Shown piece after piece: positions 1 to 7,090 of a DNA stretch of 14,112 bases (position 1 is the stretch's first letter; each line of letters starts with the position of its first letter). The stretch is from NCBI GenBank assembly GCA_043813155.1, contig JBDRLK010000004.1, positions 1 through 14,112 on the forward strand, given 5' to 3'. Origin of the DNA: Pseudomonadota bacterium (GTDB lineage: Bacteria; Myxococcota_A; Polyangia; DRWM01). The position numbers and the translations under genes are program-made. The notes under the pieces were generated by a model. The model was not told the origin of the DNA and did not search any database. It worked only from the letters and a program-made list of their open reading frames with translations.

Positions 1-230
1 TTCGTGCCCGCGCCCGAGCCCGACCGGCCGCTCGTCTTCACGCCCCTGCCGCCGCCCACGGACCAGGAGATCGAAGCACTCACTGAAAAAATCGCCGACC
101 GCCTGAAGAAAGTCGCCGTGGCCGCGGGCGTGGGCGGCGACGAGGGAATCGAGCCCGAGGACGAGCAGCTCCTGCTGGCCCGGTCCATGGCCGAGGCCTT
201 GCCGGCGCACGGATCCCACGAACCTTTCCG
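1..230 (+). CDS. 3' fragment of an unknown gene entering from upstream of the window. It reads ...TDQEIEALTEKIADRLKKVAVAAG..., then has an acidic tail. It appears truncated: there is no in-frame stop until 711, and the reading frame runs into a lower-GC, non-protein-like region.
   Basis: The open frame starts at the window edge. The first ~70 aa are protein-like. GC content and amino-acid plausibility collapse after ~230, where the opposite strand encodes a transposase fragment. Which strand is genuinely coding between 170 and 230 is ambiguous. Confidence 0.25.
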
Positions 231-450
231 AGAAGGATTCTGCCAGGGCGCCCGGAAGGCCGTTCTTACGATTCTCACGCCCATGTTTCTCAATGCAGCT
301 GGAACGACCTCGCCGTACTTCCCGTCGCGGTCGAGGATCACGTACCGCGGGATAGTGCTTTCAGGGAATGCTTCTCTCAATGGATGTAATTTTGTCGAGG
401 CAGTCCTAAAGCCCCCGCCACATCGCACGCAGCATGCGGGTTTCCCGCAC
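190..450 (-). pseudogene. Frameshifted C-terminal fragment of a DDE (rve/integrase-core) transposase; IS remnant.
   Basis: The minus-strand translation gives ...YVILDRDGKYGEVVPAALRNMGVRIVRTAFRAPWQN, then a 1-nt frameshift, then (A)FSERFVGSVRRQGLGH. This matches the conserved 'DxG..F ... SPWQNG.AERF.GS.RRECLDH' C-terminal core of rve-family transposases. The N-terminal catalytic region is absent and there is an upstream stop at 450-452. GC drops across this segment. Confidence 0.5.
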
Positions 451-790
451 TACGCGCTCCTGCACACTTCACCATCAAGGCTTATGAAACCTATCAGAAG
501 GAGAAGCTTTCAGCTGAGGCCACCTGACCCTGTAGTCATTATAGAGACCGAGAGAGTCATACAGCCACTGCCTATTCCACCTCTTCCAACCGAAGCCTCG
601 GCGCAAGCGAGCTCTAGCCAGCGAAAGCTTCTTGACTTTTTGTGTTTTTTTAAACATGGTTTATCTGAACCGTTGTGGGGAGCACGTCCATGTCGGCATT
701 CAGGCGCTTGAGCCGCACCTTGCATGACCTTGCGCTTTTTTAAGGGGTGACTCCCCCTGATGACGCAACACGCCATCCGGAGGTATGAAC

Positions 791-1405
791 ATGACTGAAT
801 GGTGGGCATCACTTACGCTGGCCCAGCAGATATTCCACGCCATCGCCATCATCACCACGCTCATTCTGCTGGTCCAGCTCGTCCTCAACCTCGTGGGCCT
901 CGCGGGTCACGATGCGGACGTGGATACTTCCGGCGCCGACATGTCGGCAGATGCCTCCGTGGACCACCCGGGAGACGCGGCCCACAGCACGGGCCTGGGC
1001 ATCCTGTCCATCCGCTCGGTTACGGCCTTTTTCGTGGGCTTCGGATGGGGCGGCGTGGTCTCGCTCCGGTCCGGGATATCGCTGCCCCTGACGATCGTCC
1101 TGGCCTTTCTCGTGGGCGCCGTCTTCCTCTTCATGGTTTTCTACATCATGAAGTGGATTCTCAAGCTCTCGGACTCAGGCAACATCCAGTACCAGAACGC
1201 CATGGGCCAGTCAGGCACGGTGTACATAGCCATCCCCGCCTCCGGCAAGGGCAGGGGCCAGGTCCAGGTGAAGGTGCAGGGCCGGCTGCGCGAGGTCGAG
1301 GCGATCACGGACGAAAAGGAGGGCCTCCCGACCGGCACCCCCGTGTCCGTGGTCAAGGTCATCGGAGATTCAACCCTGGTTGTAAGAAAGATGGAGACAA
1401 AGTAA
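791..1405 (+). CDS. NfeD-like (YqiJ/YuaF-type) membrane protein: N-terminal TM helix, a His/Asp-rich linker, further TM helices, and a C-terminal OB-fold beta-barrel. It is the partner of flotillin.
   Basis: Hydrophobic segments: AIAIITTLILLVQLVLNLVGL and FFVGFGWGGVVSL...LTIVLAFLVGAVFLFMVFYI. The C-terminus reads GTVYIAIPASGKGRGQVQVKVQGRLREVEAIT...VKVIGDSTLVV, typical of an NfeD OB domain. GGAGG at 779-783 gives a 7-nt spacing to ATG 791; the ATG at 785 is only 1 nt from the SD. The stop TAA overlaps the next gene's ATG (TAATG). Confidence 0.8.
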   Translation: MTEWWASLTLAQQIFHAIAIITTLILLVQLVLNLVGLAGHDADVDTSGADMSADASVDHPGDAAHSTGLGILSIRSVTAFFVGFGWGGVVSLRSGISLPLTIVLAFLVGAVFLFMVFYIMKWILKLSDSGNIQYQNAMGQSGTVYIAIPASGKGRGQVQVKVQGRLREVEAITDEKEGLPTGTPVSVVKVIGDSTLVVRKMETK

Positions 1406-2844
1406 TGGCAGGAGAATTAGGACTCGATATCGGCTGGATTCTGCTCATTGTAGCGTTCGTCATCGTCGTTTTCGGGACGATCATCACCTTCCTGAGCCGT
1501 TACAAGCGCTGCCCGCCCGACAAGATCATGGTCATCTACGGCAAGGTGGGCAAGGGCGCGGCGGGCAAACGGTCGGCGCGGTGCATTCACGGAGGCGCGG
1601 CGTTCATCGTGCCCGTGGCCCAGGACTTCCAGTTCCTTGACCTCACGCCCATCACCATGGACATCGATCTTCGCGGCGCCCTGTCCCAGCAGAACATCCG
1701 CATCAACGTCCCCTCGACCTTCACCGTGGGCATCTCCACCGAGGAGGGGATCATGGAGAACGCGGCCGAAAGGCTCCTCGGCATTCCCATCGAGCAGATC
1801 AAGAGGATCACCGAGGACATCATCTTCGGACAGACCCGTGTGGTCATCGCCACGATGCGGATCGAGGAGATCATCGCCAACCGGGACAAGTTCGTGGAGA
1901 ACATCATGAACGGCGTGGAGGTGGAGCTCAAGAAGATCGGCCTGAAGCTCATCAACGTCAACGTCAAGGACATCATCGACGAGTCGAGCTATATCGAGGC
2001 GCTGGGCAAGGAGGCCGCGGCGCGGGCCATCAACGAGGCCAAGAAGGCCGTGGCCGAGCGCAACAGGGACGGCGAGATCGGCAGGGCAGAGGCCGAAAGG
2101 GAGCAGCGCATAAGGGTGGCGGCGGCCAACGCGGCCGCTGTGGACGGCGAGAACACGGCCCGCATCAACGTCGCAAACTCCAATGCGAACCGGCGAGAGA
2201 AGGAGGCCGATGCGGAGCGCAAGGGCGTGGCGGCCGAGAGGGTGCAGGCGGCCCGGGCCTTCGAGGAGTCCTACCAGGCGGAGCAGAAGGCCGAGACCCA
2301 GCGCGCCGAGCGCGAGCGCGCCACCCAGATGGCCGACATCATCATCCCGACCCAGATATCAAAACAAAGAGTCGAGATCGACGCGGACGCGGCCGCCGAG
2401 AAGCTGAGGCGCGAGGCCAAGGGCGAGGCCGACGCCATCTATCTCAAGCTGGACGCCCAGGCCCGCGGAAACAAGGAGATCCTCACGAGAAAGGCCGAGG
2501 GCCTCAAGGCCATCGTCGAATCCGCCGGCGGCCAGGCGCAGCTGGCCTCTCTGCTCATGATCACCGAGAAGCTGCCCGAGCTGGTGACTGCCCAGGTCGA
2601 TGCGATCAAGAACCTGAAGATCGACAAGGTCGTGGTCTGGGACAACATGGGCGGCGGAAAGGGCGACCCCACGACGGCCCGTTTCTTCTCCGGCATGCTC
2701 CAGTCCCTGCCGCCCCTGCAGAATCTCTTCGAGATGGCTGGCATGACACTGCCGGGATTTCTCGATGTGAAGGACAAGGCCGGCGCAGCCGGCCAGGCCG
2801 GCCAGCCGGGCGGGCCCACCGCCCCCGGCCCCTCCCGTTCCTAG
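1405..2844 (+). CDS. Flotillin / SPFH (band-7) family protein (YqiK/FloT-like) with an N-terminal membrane anchor and a long Ala/Glu/Arg-rich coiled-coil (EA-repeat) region.
   Basis: N-terminal TM: GWILLIVAFVIVVFGTIITFL. SPFH core motifs: ...IMVIYGK...GGAAFIVPVAQ...VKDIIDESSYIEALGKEAAARAINEAKKAVAERNRDGEIGRAEAERE.... The C-terminal half is EA-rich coiled coil. GGAG lies 9 nt upstream of ATG 1405. The gene shares a frame with, and is translationally coupled to, the NfeD gene; a membrane NfeD immediately upstream of a flotillin is the classic two-gene arrangement. Confidence 0.9.
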   Translation: MAGELGLDIGWILLIVAFVIVVFGTIITFLSRYKRCPPDKIMVIYGKVGKGAAGKRSARCIHGGAAFIVPVAQDFQFLDLTPITMDIDLRGALSQQNIRINVPSTFTVGISTEEGIMENAAERLLGIPIEQIKRITEDIIFGQTRVVIATMRIEEIIANRDKFVENIMNGVEVELKKIGLKLINVNVKDIIDESSYIEALGKEAAARAINEAKKAVAERNRDGEIGRAEAEREQRIRVAAANAAAVDGENTARINVANSNANRREKEADAERKGVAAERVQAARAFEESYQAEQKAETQRAERERATQMADIIIPTQISKQRVEIDADAAAEKLRREAKGEADAIYLKLDAQARGNKEILTRKAEGLKAIVESAGGQAQLASLLMITEKLPELVTAQVDAIKNLKIDKVVVWDNMGGGKGDPTTARFFSGMLQSLPPLQNLFEMAGMTLPGFLDVKDKAGAAGQAGQPGGPTAPGPSRS

Positions 2845-2855
2845 TTCTGGAGATA

Positions 2856-4385
2856 TCACCGGGACCTGCGGCGGGCAAGGACCACCAGGACAACGGCAAC
2901 CATCCACAGGAAGCCAACCGATGAAACCGGACCTTGCGGCGACATGGTGCATGCGCACCCCGACCCGACTTCCAAGGACGGCGGCAGGGAAAAATCAGCT
3001 TCGGCATCCCCGCCGGCATCGACGTCAACATCAGGCTCAGCCATGTCGTCAACGTCAGGCTCAGCCACGTCGTCAACATCAGGCTCAGCCACGTCATCAA
3101 CATCAGCGTTCACCCAGTCCTCGGTCATGGCGTCCATGCCGGCATCGGACGCTCCGTCGGGCTCGGCGTCCGGTTCCGTGTAGGCGTCATCATCAGGTTC
3201 GGGCCCGCTGCCGGGCGTGACGCGGATCGCGTCGAAAGCGAGCTGGATATTCTCGGAGACCGGCTCGCCCGTGTTGTCGTTGAGAAGCACGAACTGCTCG
3301 CCGCTCGCGGCGAAGTCGAATGAGCCGATCGGGTTCCATCCATCCACAGCGGTCTGGTCGACGCGCACCGAATCGGTCGTCTCCCCGTGCCGTATATCGT
3401 AGAGGGCCCTGCGGCTTTGCGCGAAACCACCGTCCGTGTAGGCCTCGAGCATGTATCTCCCGGGCGTGGAAAAGATGATGTTCCAGCGGCCCCAGTCATC
3501 CGGCGAAGAGTCGGACGTGGCCGTGGTCCAGATCAAGTGCCCGTCCCATCCCGCGGATTCGTGGTGCCAGTACATTGGCGTTCCGCCTTTCACGAAGCAC
3601 GGCCCGCGCTCGTCCAGGATCCCGCCCTCGGGCGGAAGCGGATCACATGTCGGCAACGGCCCGCCGCCGTCATTGTGTGAGACGAGCGTCATCCTCCTGA
3701 CGAGGTCCTCGTAACCGTCGAACGGTTCGGGCACCACCGCGTTGCCGCCGTACGAGCCGCCGGACCCCGAGCCGCCGACGGTCGAGTCCCGGTGCATTGC
3801 AAAGTGCAGGTGCGTCCCGAAATAAGGACACGAGAGCTCCCCGTTGCACGAGTCGCCCAGCTCGCCGACCTCGGTGCCCATCACCACACTGTCTTCCTCT
3901 GACACATAGACGTCATTCAGGTGGCAGTACATCGTGACGTAACGATGGCCGTCAGCGTTGTAGTCGTGCAAGATGACTACGCGCAGGCCGTAGTTGGACC
4001 AACCGGACGTTGCCCATCCTGCCAGGAGCACCGTGCCGGAGGCCACGGCAAGGACCGGCTGCCCAAGGCCATCGGACGGGTAGTCGGGGAGGGTAAAGTC
4101 GAGAGCATAGTAGTCGTTGGCGTGGCTCGTGTCGTCCGTTGTGGCATGCAGTGACGAACCGCCCGACGGTGAGTAGCCGGCGGAGATATAAACGTTCTCA
4201 CCTGCGAGGAATGGAAGGCGGATCTCGAAGTCAACAGGGAGACTCACGCCTCCCTCGATCGGGGTTGTGATCGCTTCGGCGCCTTGCGTCGCCAGCAGCG
4301 CCGAGACCAGCACTGCCGCCCGGAACCCGGCATGCGCGCTCCCGCGGAGCAGGCGCCCGCGCCGCATGTTCAATCTTCCCTGCAT
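2856..4385 (-). CDS. Secreted M23 (LytM/lysostaphin-type) zinc metallopeptidase with a signal peptide, a C-terminal beta-rich domain, an acidic DVDDVAEP tandem-repeat linker, and a MYXO-CTERM-like Cys-containing sorting tail.
   Basis: Signal peptide: MQGRLNMRRGRLLRGSAHAGFRAAVLVSALLATQGAEA. M23 motifs: SHANDYYALDF (HxxxD-like) ... VVILHDYNADGHRYVTMYCHL ... GTHLHFAMH (HxH). C-terminus: ...GSGCACTMSPQGPVSSVGFLWMVAVVLVVLARRRSR, a Cys motif plus TM helix plus basic tail. The RBS is aaaGGAGtccggccATG, giving a 7-nt spacing. Confidence 0.85.
   Translation of the reverse strand: MQGRLNMRRGRLLRGSAHAGFRAAVLVSALLATQGAEAITTPIEGGVSLPVDFEIRLPFLAGENVYISAGYSPSGGSSLHATTDDTSHANDYYALDFTLPDYPSDGLGQPVLAVASGTVLLAGWATSGWSNYGLRVVILHDYNADGHRYVTMYCHLNDVYVSEEDSVVMGTEVGELGDSCNGELSCPYFGTHLHFAMHRDSTVGGSGSGGSYGGNAVVPEPFDGYEDLVRRMTLVSHNDGGGPLPTCDPLPPEGGILDERGPCFVKGGTPMYWHHESAGWDGHLIWTTATSDSSPDDWGRWNIIFSTPGRYMLEAYTDGGFAQSRRALYDIRHGETTDSVRVDQTAVDGWNPIGSFDFAASGEQFVLLNDNTGEPVSENIQLAFDAIRVTPGSGPEPDDDAYTEPDAEPDGASDAGMDAMTEDWVNADVDDVAEPDVDDVAEPDVDDMAEPDVDVDAGGDAEADFSLPPSLEVGSGCACTMSPQGPVSSVGFLWMVAVVLVVLARRRSR
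3021..3108. repeat. About 3.5 tandem copies of a 24-nt unit, gtcgtcaacgtcaggctcagccac on the + strand. They encode (D-V-D-D-V/M-A-E-P)n in the M23 peptidase on the - strand.
   Basis: Near-identical 24-mers sit at 3021-3044, 3045-3068 and 3069-3092, with a degenerate copy at 3093-3116. The repeat is in-frame and coding, so it is not CRISPR-like: there are no spacers. Confidence 0.85.
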
Positions 4386-4470
4386 GGCCGGACTCCTTTA
4401 TTGGGGATATTAATATAGAATGTTATTTCTGAAAATAAATCAAGGGGTTTCACCAGGTGTCCTTAACCAT
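4386..4470 (-). promoter_or_regulatory. AT-rich upstream region of the M23 peptidase gene with a candidate sigma70-like promoter.
   Basis: The minus strand reads TTGATTtattttcagaaataacattcTATATTaatatccccaataaaGGAGtccggccATG. The hexamers are plausible, but the spacer (~20 nt) is long, so the promoter assignment is weak. Confidence 0.25.
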
Positions 4471-4540
4471 TCCCTTCTCTCCCGCCGCCGCAGTGCGGAC
4501 CCCCGTGAGCCCGGCTCATGACATCTTGACCCCAGCTGTG

Positions 4541-4573
4541 CCTCCCGAAAACTTATTTTCCCTTGGAAAATAG
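4541..4573 (-). terminator. Weak candidate rho-independent terminator downstream of the CCC transporter gene.
   Basis: Inverted repeat tattttcc (4554-4561) / ggaaaata (4565-4572) with a 3-nt loop. On the minus-strand RNA it is followed by AGUUUUCGGG. The stem is AU-rich with only 2 GC pairs, so it is weak. Confidence 0.25.
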
Positions 4574-4630
4574 CAGACAATCTCAACCGATCACAGATGA
4601 AGTTGAAACCGGAAAAAGCGACAGCCCGCG

Positions 4631-6973
4631 TCAAACGAAAATGTTGGCGTCGCCCTTGGACAGGACGATGACGGTAGTCGGGAGCGACTTGAACACGTCG
4701 TGCATGTCGTGCAGGTAGGCGGCGAAATTCAGGGCGTTGCTCTCGGACATGCCGACGAAAACGAGGTCGGCCCGGGCCGACATCCGTTTCATGATCTCGC
4801 GCGGCGGGTCGCAGGACGCGATGACGTCCACGGCCATGGACAGCCTGGCTTTTTTAAGCATGAGCTTGAGGAGGCTGCTTTCCTTTCCGGCGTCCTCGTC
4901 ATCGCCAACGATCCTCAGGAGCCGGACCATGGCCCCCTGCCATGCCCGGTTCAATGTCATGAGGTAGGCGAAGAGGGCCATGAGAGAGCCGTTCCTCTCG
5001 CCCCTCCACCAGACGTCGATGATCCTCTTTCGCCGCTTCCCCTTGACGAAATCCCCCGGTTTCAGGATGGCCAGGTTCAGGCCGTGCGCCCACATGAGGT
5101 GCACCTGCCGGGCCAGCTGCGCCCTCTCCCCCGGGTCGGCGCCCGGCGGTATGGCGATCATGCCCGTGTTCGGCCGCAGGGGGCCGAGGGAATAGCACTG
5201 CAGGAACGATGAAAACGTCTCGAGATAATCGCTGCCCACGACGGCCTCGCCGTAGGCCTGGATCCCCTGGGCGGCCAGGAAATTTTTAAGCTCCCCCAGC
5301 CTGGCCCTGCGCATCTCGAGCCGCTCGCCCTGGTCCATGCCGGGCTCGGCCGAGATGTCCGCGACCGAAAGGAGGCCCCTGCGGCCCTCGATCAGGGCCG
5401 CTATGGTCACGAGCTGAAGCTCGCTCGTCGGGTTGTCGGCCACGGCCGTGAGGATGGGCCGCCAGTTTTTCGGGTGAACGGGCGTGTCGCCCAGAACGAG
5501 CAGGTTGTCCCTTATCTTTGAAAACACGTACCCGCGCTTCGCGTCGCCCCACTCGGTCTTGATGTTCTTGCGCGTCAGGTACATCCAGATCGCGCCCGTG
5601 ACGGCCATGGCGATGAGGGCCGCTGTCTCATTGATCTTGATCATGGCCACGACGCAGCCCACCGTGCCCGTGATCGAGGTGAACTTGTTGGACCACTTGA
5701 ACCCTGGACGGAAGGAGGGGTTTGCGCTGACCGACTCCACGAAAGCGGAAAGGTTGATCATGCCGTAGGCGATGAGGAAAAACATGGAGATGACCTCGGC
5801 CACGGCGTTCAGGTCGCCCGCCCAGATGATGCAGGCCGCCAGGATGAACGTGGCCACCGTGGCGCGGCGCGGCTCGTTGTCCACGCCGTGCCCCTTGGCG
5901 AAAAAATTGAGAAAGCCAAGCAGGCGGTCCCGGGCCATGGACTGGAGGATGCGCGGCGCGCCCAGGAAGCTTCCCAGGGCCGAGGAAAGCGTTGCCGTGA
6001 ACACGCCCAGGATCACGAGCGGGCCGAAGAGGCTCATCTGCTGCAGCGCGCCGAAGGGATCCGCGATGAGGGCCTTCCTGCCGACCGAGCCGGCCATGAG
6101 CCAGATCTGCAGAAGATAGATCGCGGCGGTGAAGGCCACGGCGAAAATAGTGCCCAGGGGTATGGCGCGGCTGGGGTTCTTCAGGTCCCCCGACATGTTG
6201 GCGCCCGCCGTGATGCCGGTCACGGCCGGGAAGAAAATCGCGAAGACCGCCCAGAAGGACATGTCCTTTGTAAAGGCGCTGCCCTTGTTCGCCTCGAGAA
6301 TGGCCTCGTCATAGCTGAGAAACCCTCCGACGATGAAGCTGAGGATGGAGATCACCAGGATGGCGAGAACGATGTACTGGGCCTTGATGGCGATGCCCGC
6401 GCCCTTGAAGGTCAGGACGAACAGGCCGAAGACGACCAGGGTCGAAAGGACCTGCGCCGCGTGCAGCGTCTGCCACAGGGCCCACAGGTCCACGTCGAAA
6501 AACGTGTAGGCCTTGAGAAGCGGGGCGACGATGCTCTCCAGCGCCTCGGTAAACCCGATGACGTAGAACGCCACGCCCACCGCCTGGGCCAGGAAAAGCG
6601 TGATGCCGATGGACCCGCCGAAGTTCAGGCCCAGGACCCTGGAAATCATGAAGTAGACGCCGCCGACCTTGACGTCCGTGTTCGTGGCAATGGTGGATAT
6701 GGAAAAGCTCGTGAGGATCGTGATCATCTTGCTGATGCCCAGGATGACCAGGGCCAGCCACAGGCCGCTCTCGCCCACGACGAACCCCGTGCGCATGAAC
6801 ATGATCACGCCCAGGATCGTCAGCACGCTGGGCGTGAAAACGCCCCCGAAGGTCCCGAACCTTCCCCTGGTCTCCTCCTCCTCGTCCGGGAGTTCGTCCA
6901 GGGAGGTCCTTACCCTGCATTCCCTTTCGCTTTCATCCCGGTCCGGCTGACCATTGTGTTCATTCCCGCTCAT
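4631..6973 (-). CDS. Cation-chloride cotransporter (SLC12/CCC family, APC superfamily) homologue with 12-TM permease core and full SLC12-type C-terminal cytoplasmic domain
   Basis: N-terminus: MSGNEHNGQPDRDE.... TM1 region: FGTFGGVFTPSVLTILGVIMFMRTGFVVGESG (SLC12 signature GTxxGVFxP...NIxGVxxFxR). C-terminal domain: ...HPKNWRPILTAV... (compare KNWRPQLLVL), ...IDVWWRGERNGSLMALFAYLM... (compare IDVWWIVHDGG) and ...TVIVLSKGDANIFV (compare VLLVRGGG.EV). The start was chosen at ATG 6973, preceded by GGAAG; the 1117-aa six-frame ORF is an upstream artefact with no stop. Confidence 0.9.
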   Translation of the reverse strand: MSGNEHNGQPDRDESERECRVRTSLDELPDEEEETRGRFGTFGGVFTPSVLTILGVIMFMRTGFVVGESGLWLALVILGISKMITILTSFSISTIATNTDVKVGGVYFMISRVLGLNFGGSIGITLFLAQAVGVAFYVIGFTEALESIVAPLLKAYTFFDVDLWALWQTLHAAQVLSTLVVFGLFVLTFKGAGIAIKAQYIVLAILVISILSFIVGGFLSYDEAILEANKGSAFTKDMSFWAVFAIFFPAVTGITAGANMSGDLKNPSRAIPLGTIFAVAFTAAIYLLQIWLMAGSVGRKALIADPFGALQQMSLFGPLVILGVFTATLSSALGSFLGAPRILQSMARDRLLGFLNFFAKGHGVDNEPRRATVATFILAACIIWAGDLNAVAEVISMFFLIAYGMINLSAFVESVSANPSFRPGFKWSNKFTSITGTVGCVVAMIKINETAALIAMAVTGAIWMYLTRKNIKTEWGDAKRGYVFSKIRDNLLVLGDTPVHPKNWRPILTAVADNPTSELQLVTIAALIEGRRGLLSVADISAEPGMDQGERLEMRRARLGELKNFLAAQGIQAYGEAVVGSDYLETFSSFLQCYSLGPLRPNTGMIAIPPGADPGERAQLARQVHLMWAHGLNLAILKPGDFVKGKRRKRIIDVWWRGERNGSLMALFAYLMTLNRAWQGAMVRLLRIVGDDEDAGKESSLLKLMLKKARLSMAVDVIASCDPPREIMKRMSARADLVFVGMSESNALNFAAYLHDMHDVFKSLPTTVIVLSKGDANIFV

Positions 6974-7090
6974 GCCTGCTTCCAACGTGGCGCAAATATT
7001 GTATAAACAAAATTCAAGGGCAAAAAAAGGGGTAGGCGAAAAAAATTTACCTCTTGCACTCTTCACGTAAAAGTGCCATGAATTTTCAGG
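6974..7090. promoter_or_regulatory. AT-rich divergent intergenic region between the CCC transporter (-) and the hdrA-like cluster (+); presumably carries both promoters.
   Basis: The region reads ...ttgtataaacaaaattcaagggcaaaaaaaggggtaggcgaaaaaaatttacctcttgcactcttcacgtaaaagtgcc. A candidate -35/-10 pair, TTTACC-16-TAAAAG, lies just upstream of ATG 7091, implying a very short leader and no clear SD. Confidence 0.3.

Noticed and set aside
631-665. CTTGACT...TTTAAACA as the nfeD promoter.
   Set aside because: The -35-like TTGACT is present, but no acceptable -10 hexamer sits at a 16-19 nt spacing. Left unannotated.
731-760. T6 run plus GGGGTGACTCCCC palindrome, as a rho-independent terminator.
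   Set aside because: On the plus strand the T-run precedes rather than follows the stem. On the minus strand the stem would be followed by an A-run. The stem is only 4-5 bp.
3021-3108. Regularly spaced 24-nt direct repeats, as a possible CRISPR array.
   Set aside because: The repeats are contiguous with no spacers, only ~3.5 copies are present, and they are in-frame inside a CDS, encoding DVDDVAEP peptide repeats.
4440-4634. 64-aa minus-strand ORF in the M23/CCC intergenic region.
   Set aside because: There is no RBS, the composition is not protein-like, and it overlaps the predicted terminator and the 3' end of the CCC gene. Most likely spurious.
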